A stretch of 59,312 nt of DNA from Chromera velia (taxonomy: Eukaryota), in assembly GCA_018398765.1 (NCBI GenBank), contig JAHBMJ010000025.1, positions 1-59,312 on the forward strand, read 5' to 3'. The notes under the pieces are model-generated. The model did no database searches. It saw only the letters and a program-made list of their open reading frames with translations, and was not told where the DNA came from. Made by a program: the position numbers and the translations under genes. Shown here one piece after another: positions 48,889 to 59,312 of the stretch (positions are counted from its first letter, which is position 1; the number at the start of each line of letters is the position of its first letter).

Positions 48889-50004
48889 GAGATCCCGTTG
48901 ATGAGGACCAGGGAGGCCAGCTGCCCCTGACGACGGGTAAGGGGGTCAAGGAGGGGAACAAGCTTGTTCTCTACCCTCCATGTGCTGAGATCAGTTTTGT
49001 CCCCCACCCCGGACCACACAGGGACAACCTCTTCCTGCAACGAGAGACGGGAAATTACTCGACAGGCCGACTTTACCGTCTCAATGTACTTCTCAACGTT
49101 GGGGGAGTCGGAAGTGGACAGGGTGAAGAGAGAGCGGAAGTTTGTGAACATCCGCTTATGTTCGGTCTCCCCCGACGACTGCAAGATAAGGTTCTTGCAG
49201 TGTTCAACATCATCGGACTCGGGAGGCGAGAGATCCGAGACGAGATCATAGAGCTCAGGGTATTTCTGCAAACCCTGGCGGAAGGCTGCTGCACGGATGT
49301 CAGACGGCGCACTGGCAGGCTGCAATTTGCAGTGGTCTTCAAACGCCTTGACAATCGCGACTCGACCTCCGTGCGTGTCCTTGTAGGGGAGCTCGCACTT
49401 CCATGGAGCGAATTTCCCCGTGTCAGTGGTGGGGGTGGGAGTCGGAGACGGAACAGAAGCCGACTGAGAAAGAAATATTTGCGCCAATTTGGTGACATTG
49501 GCGGTAAGAAGATCCAAGTCAGAGGGGCTAGGGCTTTGATCAGACGAGTCTTTCGAGATGAAACGACCGTCAGCCCCACGAGGTTGGTCTTCGTCCGAAG
49601 TTGGCATCAGAGAGGGAAAGAGACGCTCTGATGGAGACCAACAGACCCTGAGGAGGAGAAGGAGGAAAGAACCAACTGCTACCATGTAATGAACTAGAGA
49701 GTCCAGTTAAGGACAGTCCAGTTAATCTTATGGTTCTCTATACAGGAATAATACTGCACGACTTCTGTCCGGCTTCTGCTCTCATCTATTGAGAGTTGCT
49801 TTATCAAATCACTCGAAGTATTACGCGAATCAACTTCACAACATGGATCAATACATGCATGCTCTCCGTATGGATCAATACATGCATGCTCTCCGTCATC
49901 CTCCAGCCGCGCTGCCCCGATAAGCAACGCTGCGGCTCGGGACCGGCCGAGTCGGGCCGACCACTGCACGCCCGCCGCCGCCTCTCTATAAGTGGCTGAT
50001 TACA
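48889..50004 (-). mobile_element. 5' end of an LTR retrotransposon: LTR 50004-49685, PBS and gag-like ORF
   Basis: LTR bounded by TGTAAT...ATTACA, with an internal 27-bp tandem duplication. It is followed at once by TGGTAGCAG (tRNA-iMet-type PBS) and an uninterrupted ORF (MPTSDEDQP...) that runs into the gap. Confidence 0.8.
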
Positions 50005-50738
50005 CGTTTGGAACACATTCGGTCTGACGCCTCTGCCAAACTGCAAAACCGCCCCCCGTGAAGCGGCCCTTTCTAGACAACCATCAATCCATTCATCAAC
50101 TTTCCGGTTGATCACTGCTCTTAAGAGAAGGAGACAGCCAACCTTAGTGGCTTTCTTTCTTCTTCTGATGGTTGGATTAATATCATCCTCATTATTAATT
50201 ATTATTATTATTGGTGATCTGATTGGTCTGCATATAGGATATTATGCAATATATGAGTTGAAAATAATGTGTAGTATTACTAATATGTCTCAGGTAATGT
50301 TAATATAATATTTATGTTATCATGCAGTGCATCAGGGTAAAATATCATTACTCTAGTGATTACCCCATTATAGTTATCATAAGCTATCGCCATCAACGTA
50401 CTAAGTCGTACTTGCAGGCTTGTATAGCTTTAAATTGGGTGGGGGACATGTATCCGGACATAAAAAGTGCTCACATTTACATGTAGGCTCTTCTCACAGC
50501 CTCTTATTTACAATATAAGCTTACCCAACAAAATCTCCGTCTAGATCTCCACGTAAACGTTTGTCAATTGTACTAGGTACAATGATCTAGAGAATGATAG
50601 TATTACATTTATACTGATGACTAAATTTTTTTTTTGTCATGATATAAATGATATGATTTGTAGTTTGATTCAGTTTGTGCATGCAGACACGGAGCACGAC
50701 AGCTAACTTCTGAGCTAAGGTCTGATGGGCCCTGAGTG

Positions 50739-50769
<31 letters not shown>

Positions 50770-51063
50770 GAGTGCTGCCTGTGCTTCGATCGTTCGTTTT
50801 CTCTTCCTTCCACTGTATGCATGAGAGCGAGTAGCATGAGAGTGCCAGGGCAATGACTCTCTCAGCTCTCTTCTGGCTCCCCATTTACTTTCTTCCAGTC
50901 TTCTTTCGTGTCCTTTCGGACCTTTCCTTTTTTGCATCCAATTAATCTCTCCCTTCCCTTGTTCATTCTTTCACGCTGTGATTGCATGTCTTCTCTCTCC
51001 CACCCATGCATCCACCCCCACATCCCTCTGCCTCCCTCTGTTCCCCCCTCTCCTTGATTTCTT

Positions 51064-51833
51064 TCACTTCTTCTTCTTCGACTTCTTCGACGACGTCCCC
51101 GCACCCCCACCCTTTCTCGATCCCGACCCTGTCGCACCCCCAGAGCCGGGGGGGCCGCCCTCTCCCGGCTGCAGAGGAATGTCATTCGCCCCCCCGGGGT
51201 GGGCAGATGAGGGCATGGGGGAGGCCCGGGGGGCAGAATTCCCCCCACTCACCGACGAGGCCGAAGCACCGTGACCGGCCCCTGCCGACATTACCCCCCC
51301 GACCCCTGGGGCAAGTAGGTGGTGCACAGAGGGCGTGAGTGTCTGCGTGAACGGGGCTGCAGAGTCCCCTGCCTCCTTGCAGGTCGGGCACAGCCACTCG
51401 TCCATATCCTGCCCTGGCACTTCGACATACCCCTGCAATTCAAGCAAGAACGAAGAACGGACACGTGAAATAGAAATAAATAAATAATGACGTGACCCAC
51501 TTTTTGCGCCACAGCCTCTTTCACAAACATGCATGGCCTACGTGATCCATCGAGGCCTGCGTTCTTGATCTCTTCCCCCCCCTTCCTTCCGATCCGAGGT
51601 AGACAAGGCAGAGAGAGCAACAGACAGACTGTGTGGTTCTTTCTTTTCCTTCCTTCTCTTTATAAACACAACAGACAAAAAAGAGAGCAAGAAAGAATCA
51701 AAGCTCAACATCTCATAAGCAAGAAAGAAAGAAAGGCGGGAGGAAGAACGTAAAACGGAAGAAAGAAAAGAAAGAAAGAAAGAAAGAAAGAACAGACAGA
51801 CAGACAGACAGACAGACAGAAAGAAAGAAAGAA

Positions 51834-51865
<32 letters not shown>

Positions 51866-52179
51866 ACAGACAGACAGACAGACAGAAAGAAAGAAAGAAA
51901 GAAAGAAAGAAAAGAAAGAAAAGAAAGAAAAGAAAGAAAGAAAGAAAGAAAGAAAGAAAAGAAAGAACAGACACACAGAAAGACAGACAGACAGAAAGAA
52001 AGAAAGAAAGAAAGAAAGAAAAGAAAGAAAGAAAAGAAAGAAAGAAAGAAAAGAAAGAAAGAATCAAAGACAAAAGGTCAACAGAAAGAAAGAAAGAAAG
52101 AAAGAAAGAACAGACAGACAGACAGACAGACAGACAGAAAGAAAGAAAAGAAAGAAAGAATCAAAGACAAAAGGTCAAC

Positions 52180-52210
<31 letters not shown>

Positions 52211-52312
52211 AAAAAAGAAAAGAAAGAAAGAAAGAAAGAAAGAACAGACAGACAGACAGAAAGAAAGAAAAGAAAGAAAGAAAAGAAAGAAAGAAAAGAA
52301 AGAAAGAAAGGA

Positions 52313-52343
<31 letters not shown>

Positions 52344-54063
52344 GAAGAAAGAAAGAAAGAAAAGAAAGAAAGAAAGAAAGAAAGAAAGAAAAGAAAAAAA
52401 GAAAGAAAGAAAAGAAAGAAAGAAAGAAAGAAAGAAAAGAAAAAAAGAAAGAAAGAAAGAAAAGAAAGAAAGAAAGAAAAGAAAGAAAGAAAGAAAGAAA
52501 AGAAAGAAAGAAAGAATCAAAGACAAAAGGTCATCATGGCGAATCACACAACGTGGCCAGAGGGCCTAAAAAGCGGAGAGTTGAGCGCCCGTTGCCTCTA
52601 CATCTCCCTTTTTTTCTTCATGTACACAATAGACAAAAAGAAGGAAAGAAAGAGCGCCCCTTGCCTCTAGAGACACCTCCCGACAGAACTTCAAGCGACC
52701 ACTGATTCACACGATACTTGGAGACAAAGAGACAGACAGTGTGGATCGAGATCCAGGTGCGTGACCGATGACGCAAACGGAAACGCATCAAAGCGCACGC
52801 TGACACGAAGCATTTTCGAGATGGAGAAGGGCAAAAGCAAACACGAAGACAGACCACGAGAAAGTGTAGAAACTGGCATTCAACACACGCGCTCAAAAAT
52901 ACGAAGGAAGAAAGGAAGGACGGAAGGAAGGAAGGAGAGAGGGAGATAAGTACACGGGGTGCAAAGTTGGTCATCATCCAAGGGATGCACACAGAAACAT
53001 ACAAAATCCAGACATCCATCCACGCACTGAGAGACACATGCACAAAGTAAGGGAGAAAGAGAAGGAGAGCTCGACTGACCACACAGGCTTGATGGTACCA
53101 CTTGGAGCACTCATCACACCCGACCCATTCGTTACTTTCTGACCCCACAGGAGCGTTGATTTGACCGCACTGGGGGCATGGCTCTTGGTTTGGATCGTGA
53201 TCATGCATCATATGCATCCCCATGTCCCCTCCCGGCTCGAATTGATTGAATCCACCCCCATTGGCTGGAGGGGCACCCCCCACAGATCCAGCATAAGGGG
53301 GTATGTCATCTCCCACGGTGTCGGCTACGGAAGTGGGCGGGGGGGAAGGGGCGGGGGGGCCCATGAGCTCCTTCCCCTTCCCTCCTGAGACAATAATGGC
53401 ATTCCGTCTCGTCTCTCTGAGAGGCCCCCCCAGGGTGTTCGTCTGAGAAGGACGAGGCGAAACCTGGGACGCCACATTGCCCTGTCCTGCCCTCCTTCTT
53501 CTTTCATATGGCTGAGGGATTCTGTTCGACGTGTCCAGTGAGCCCATGTGCTGATCGACCCAGGCGGGGCGGGGGCGGTTCTCCTGCTCTGCTTGCTTCT
53601 GAAGATCCAGGGCTGTACCCACCTCCTTGTGTGATTCGTGATGGTACCCTAGGAGAGTCTCGAGCTTTGTGATGAGACCAATCTTCTCATGATTGAGATT
53701 CATGATCTGCTGCTCTGCTTTCCTCAATTCTCTGTAGTTCTCATCCTCCTCTTCCATCTCTGTTGCATACCCTTTGTCTTCAGTCTTCCACCTTCCTCTC
53801 TGACCATCCCTCCCATCTTTTCTCGTCATCTTCGCCTTCAATGCATCCTTCTCCGCTTGGGTAATTCCTTGCGTCTTTAAATGCAGCTTCTGCAGAAACT
53901 GGGGACGAAGTCGCTCGTCAACATCTTTCTGCAGGGCCGTGAGCTTGATATCAAGGGCTCGGATCTGCTGCATGTTTCGGATGACATGGTTAGGGAGCAT
54001 CTCTACTTCCCCGAGGAAGTTTTCGATGAGTTCATTCTGCCTCTCTTCCTGAGCTGACGGCAT
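51064..54063 (-). CDS. ING-family (inhibitor of growth) chromatin protein: ING N-terminal coiled coil and PHD finger, 2 exons, 450 aa
   Basis: N-terminus IENFLGEVEMLPNHVIRNMQQIRALD...EKI. PHD CPQC...WVGCDECSKWYHQACV|GY...WLCPTC is split by a phase-0 intron. Exons 54063-53080 and 51432-51064; basic NLS-like tail. Confidence 0.88.
51720..52520. repeat. (GAAA)n/(GACA)n microsatellite in the ING intron
   Basis: Directly visible; punctuated by three copies of GAATCAAAGACAAAAGGTCA. Confidence 0.95.
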
Positions 54064-55856
54064 TTTGAACTCTCGAAATATGGGAGAAATAAGCAGATTT
54101 GGACCTTACGGATCCCCTCTCATGCTCTTGGAAGAGCAGAAGTTCCTTCTGGTGCTACCTTCGGCTTGTTCACACGTCCGTGTGCGAAGCAAGAACTCTC
54201 CTCCTTCCAGCTCAGTGGACAGGAACCGACAAGCAACAGTGCACCGAAAGACAGGTCAGGTGTGTAGATCTACTGCTGACAGATTCATGCGTCGCTTTCT
54301 TCACTTACGACGAGCAGCCTTTCTGACCCGTCGAGCTCTCCCCTTGACCAGCTTGGCAAAGATGTTTGAAAGAATTAAGCAGTATTAAGCACGGCGTAAC
54401 TCGAGTAATAATTTTGGTGGGAGCATGCATGTGGGATGGCTTCGCGCCCTCGCGCCGCCGCGGTACCCTGTCACCGCCGGAATTACCCCCCCCCGCGCGC
54501 TAAGAGCTCACTGCTGTAGTAACTAGCTTCCCGCTGCTTTGGAGGTAGCGGCAGGACAGACGGAGAGCTAGACCAGAGACGAGGCCTAGACAGAGAGGCA
54601 GATCTATAGACTCTTCAAACTCTAGCTCAGTCTGAAGGTCTCAGTCAGCTAAGGGATATGATATCAGAAGATTCTTAGCCGTTTAGAGAGAATTTACAGT
54701 TCGAAGTTGAACTTGAACTTCTACTAGCACTACTAAGAAAAGACAGACTCACAACCCGACAAACGGAACGAACAATCTCAGCGAGACGGCTGAGGGCAGA
54801 TTTAATCTGACCGATCCCCGCGCGGACGCAAAGACAAGCTTTCCGGAGCTAGACAGACAGAATGCGGCGGCGGGCGATCGAAGCAAACTTAAGGCGGCGC
54901 GCATGTGAGAAGGACTGAACAGCGGCGGCGGGACGGCGTTAGGAGGTAGGATACTACATATCCCCCCCTCTCACCGGCAAGGAAATCGCGCCCTAGCGAT
55001 AAGTCAAACACAGTCGAACATGCGCGGAAAGGGAAAAAGAGACGAGCAAAAGGACTGAAAAGAGCACGATCACCAAAATATGATGCAAACACATGTAACC
55101 AACATTGGCAGAACAGCTTCAAGCATGCAACCAGCAGAGTTGGTCAACCAAACACAGTGAGCCTGTCAGTTTTTTTTCTTTTAACTTTCTTTTTTTTCTT
55201 TCTTTCATTTTCTTTTTTCTTTCATTTTCTTTCTGAGGATGCCAGATCGTGAGATCAGCTGCTGACAGAGATCCGATACAACCTTCTACCTTCCAAAACC
55301 AGACCAGGTACTTTACCTTGGAGCCCTTAGCTCCAGGCTTTTCCCATCGGACACGCCACTACCAAAGCACCAGGCTTCGTTCGCTTTGCATAACCAGTCA
55401 AGGTCGGACAGGCAGCTACGGTTTCTATCAACCCCTCATTCATTGTTCTTAAAGTTTCTTTTCTTCTTTCCTTCTACTGTCTTTTCTTCAAAGTTCCAAA
55501 TATGGAAGCAGCAGTGGACAGAAACAAAGACAGCGGATGCACTTAGTCTGCTCTCTTTCTTTTTTTTTATCTTCAAGGAAGCTACTTTCTTCTGTCAACT
55601 ATCTCTGTTGGTCGAGAGGAGATACTCAACAGAGCACCCGGCAGCTTTACAGATGGATATGCGGGCAGACAGATGGAAAAGCCTCTCATCAAACCAAGCA
55701 AGGACAGGACAGAACAGAGGACAGTCATTTTCTTCTCTTTCTTTTCTCAATCTTTCTTTTTTTTTTTTTCATTCCTGCCACCTCTGAACTCCTTTTCAAC
55801 TACCATACGCCCTCACTCTCAAGGAGGTGTACTGTGAATTTCCGGCACAAACTAGC

Positions 55857-58800
55857 TGTTACGGTGGCAGCAAGTCAGGGAAAGACAGATAGAAAGCGTA
55901 ACATAGTGAGGCGAACCACGGGACTGGCCAATCCCGGGGTGAGCCAAACTAACGCGCACCGCCGCCGCACGGGATGCCCGCAGCTCAGAGACCAACACAT
56001 GCACGCAGGCTCATGGAGGCGCCGCCATGCCAGTCTGTATTAGAAGAAAAATAAATAAAATAGAAATAAAATGGAATTAATTCAGTCAGCTGCGTATAAC
56101 CTGGATTGAATATATAAATAACAGTTGCTTACAAAGCTTTTAGAAGCAGTTTGGAAGTGAACCTTGAACTGACAGACTTTCCGTAGTAGAGATCTAACTG
56201 AACTAAGTACGCTTATTTAGGAAAAAAGGAGTTACCTCCTTACGTGGTAGCAGCAGAGCCTGGTTGATCTCGCTAGGGCCTCTGTTACTCAGTCCGATAC
56301 TGTAGCAGACATCTTCTTTCTTGGCAAGTAAATTCTTTTCTTCACCCAAGACTCTCTCTCGATGGAGCAGGTTCTGCAGCAATTGCTGGAGGGGCAGCAA
56401 TTCATGCAGCAGCAGATGATCCAGATGCAGCAGACACAACAACTTTAGCAACAACAGATGGACACTCTGGGAGCACAGCAGCAACAAACAGCCACCGACG
56501 GGGGCCCAATCTATCAACAGCAGCAGCAGACACCAGAACAGCAGCAGCAGCAGTGAATGAATTAACAGCCGACTTCTCCGGCTCCCCAGCGGTCGAACTT
56601 CAAGGTGAAAGAGCCACCGATGTTTTATGGGGACCGGAAGTTGCTCGAAGGTTCGGTCACGGATAGGAGGGAATACATACAGCTCTTAGATATTTAGGTG
56701 TCGAAGCAGTTAGGGTCTGTGTGTCAATACTTCTCCCGATTCCTCAAGCAATGGTATGACAAGACACAGAAGTCCACCTCTCCTTTTGTTAACGTAGAAG
56801 ATGTCTTCACCCGTCTGTTCGAGCATTTCCCCGATCCCAACAAACAGACAGACTTGAGAGGAAAAGTCCGGAACGTCCGTTGTCAGGGCAATGAGGGGGT
56901 TCACAAGTACTCTGTCCGATTCAACGATATTGCAGAAGGAATCGTTGATGTTAGTGAGATCGATTTGATGTACGACTACATTCGGGGCCTTCCAGTTGAG
57001 ATGAGGAAGGAAGTGAGGAGAAGGAAGCCTGACAGTCTCAATGCTGCGATGAAGGATGCAAAGGAGGCTGAGTAGCTGTTGAGTAGGGGGAGAAAGAAAG
57101 ACTACGAGGGCCAGGGCAGAGACGGGCGCAGTGATTCGTACCCGCCTTTGCGATCTCAGTCCCAATCGAACGATGGGCCCGTCCCAATGGATCTCAACCG
57201 AATCTCCCGAATTTATTCCCTTTCCCAAGATGAGATTAAGAGGCACATTCAGGAGAATAGGTGCTTCAATTGTCATGCGGTGGAACACTCTGCACGCCAG
57301 TGCAGGAACTGCAAGCAGCAACAGCAACAACAGGGTTCTAGGGGTCACGGGGGTCAGAGAAATTTCTACGGAGGTCAAGGACGCATGCAGAACCTATAGA
57401 GTGGGATGCAGCAGCACTATGGCGGTTTGGTGCAGGGGCAATGGGGGAATCCAGTCATCCTGCAGGGGCTTACGCCTCCCCCTGGACTGTGCCCACCACC
57501 GCAGTTCCAGGGGAACCCAGGTCCGAACCCTCCCCAGTGGTCACAGCGCCAGCAGCAGAATGCACCCCCAAGAGGGATATACTCAACGATCGGGGGCAGG
57601 ACAGGCAAGAAGGGGAAATTGATCACCTTCCACGGCACAGCGAATAGCATCCCGATCCGTGCTCTTTGAGATCCAGGGGCGGACTCCATCTATGTGAGCA
57701 AGAGAGTCGTTGAGACTGGGGAGTTCCGTTTGTCTGTTTTGGAGCCCTCCACGTGCAAAGGGGGCATCCGTCTCGATGGTGTACAGGCTCTTTCGACTAC
57801 TGTCTAATGGGAGGCGCCTGATATCGATCTGAGAATTCAGGACTTTGCAGCCCCCCTGACTATGACTGTACTCGATCTGGACGAGGATTATGATGTAGTC
57901 TTGGGGATGCCCTTCTGTGAGACCTTCAAACCCCTTCCCGATTTTGAAGCGAAGTCTCTCTTCATCGTTGCAGATCGTTCTCCCTCCGAGTCGCAGTTCA
58001 CACTGTATGACTCGGAAGTCTACCATATTTTGGGGGCTGAGCCTGAGCCCCTGACCTGCAGAGAGATCCATAGGCTTTCCAAGAAGGAATCTACCACCTT
58101 CCGGTACTACCATCTTGAGGTCCGACCTCTTCCCTCCGTTTCCTCCCCCCTGGAGGCCAACCGAATCCAAGGAGCCGAGATACAGAGGCCCCCGCCTCTC
58201 TTGTCTTTCCCGCTTGATCATCCGGTCAATTCCGATGATTACACAGATTTCCGCAGGGAGATGCAGGAGGAGGGAATGAGGCCGGGGATGAAAAAGGTTC
58301 TGGAGAAGCATTTCAGCATCTTCCCGAATGAGATTCCCGCCCTCCCGCCCAAGAGGGAAGTCGAGTGTCACATCAAGCTCGAGCCAGGTCACCGCCCCCT
58401 TGCTCGAGCTCCGTATAGGCTCACCTACGGGCAGCTCGATGAGCTCTGAAAACAGTTGGAGTCGTACTTGGCCAAGGATCAGATCTGCCCTTCCAACTCC
58501 CCGTTTGCTGCCCCTATCCTTTTAAATTTATCACGAAGGCTGACGGCACTCAGCATATGTGTATTGATTACACGCAGCTGAACAAGATCTGTGTGAGAGA
58601 CAGATATCCTCTACCGCATCTGGATGACTTGATTTCCCGCCTGCACGGGGCCAAGTACTTCTCGTCTCTCGACTTAAGACAGTACTTTCATTAGATCCAG
58701 GTGGCCAAGGGTGACGAGGAGAAGACTGCTTTCGTAACAAGGTACGGCACGTTTGAGTGGCTGGTTATGCCGTTTAGCTACTGCAATGCGCCTGGTATCA

Positions 58801-59020
58801 GCATGCATATGATTAATAAGACACTGCGCCCTTTGTTAGACAGGTGTGTAATTATTTTTATTTCTGATCTCTTGATTTTTAGCCGCACTCTTGAGGAACA
58901 CGAGAGAGACGTGGAGGCCGTCCTCCAGCTCCTCGCCGATGAGTCTCTCTATGTCAAACTGTCGAAGTGTGATTGGTTCCGGACCGAAGCCAAGTTCCTG
59001 GGGCTGGTCATCAGTGAGGG
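55857..59020 (+). mobile_element. Ty3/Gypsy LTR retrotransposon, degenerate and 3'-truncated
   Basis: PBS TGGTAGCAG at 56245; Q-rich gag from 56362 (KEPPMFYGD, CFNCHAVEHSARQC); protease AL*DPGA; RT RAPYRL, YPLP, FSSLDL, KTAFVTRYGTFEWLVMPF, KLSKC. The catalytic motif has decayed to FISD. The LTR start coordinate is uncertain. Confidence 0.88.
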
Positions 59021-59312
59021 TGCGCATGCCGGGGCCCGCCGGCTTCTTTTTTGCCCCCCCAAAGCGGCGCTTCGCCGCCGAAAACTCGACTGAACCAACC
59101 AAGTGCCCTCCAGAGCTGAAAGTTGGGGGATTTCTTACCTATCCCACTCCCATCAATTCTATGGAACAGAATCTCCAGACTTCAACCATAGCTAGTGCAC
59201 CAGCAGTTTCCTGTTTGTCAGTTTGTTTTTTGAAAAAAATTCGTGTCCGCTCCCTTCCGTCTCCATGGCTGCTGAAAGTGTGGAGGAAGCCATCGCGGCA
59301 GTGAGGCAGTGC

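Larger units (their letters stand above)
48134..50170 (-). mobile_element. hAT transposase fragment, interrupted by an LTR retrotransposon (48601-50004)
   Basis: The part at 50005-50170 (...PNVFQT) joins in frame to the part at 48134-48600 (HLINQH...LRKLVKALNPRYDFPS...SITLDIWS). These correspond to the BED-finger end and the first catalytic Asp motif of hAT transposases. Confidence 0.78.

Overview
Intron-rich eukaryotic nuclear DNA. It is probably a chromerid alveolate such as Chromera; this is an inference from a bipartite plastid-targeting leader, TGCATGCA-rich promoters and GTCAGT splice donors. Host genes: two near-identical, oppositely oriented copies of a 3-exon secreted Cys-rich protein gene (5442-7081 -, 23488-25129 +); a 6-exon plastid-targeted HAD phosphatase (7680-10942); a frameshifted RING/TRAF/MATH gene; a small hypothetical gene; a ~12.5 kb multi-exon coiled-coil gene; and a 2-exon ING-family PHD gene. 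Decayed mobile elements lie between them: LINE fragments (including an RTE 3' end absent from the ORF track), an internally deleted Copia with both LTRs and an ATTTA TSD, an LTR element nested inside a hAT transposase across an assembly gap, and a Gypsy. The most notable element is a 6.1 kb Penelope-like retroelement (16750-22879). It has 336-bp pseudo-LTRs, a permuted GIY-YIG -> CxC -> RT order (Naiad/Chlamys type) and an extra ~520-codon upstream ORF. Repeat copies differ almost only by C>T/G>A transitions, which suggests methylation- or RIP-like mutagenesis. All alignments and splice models were made by eye.
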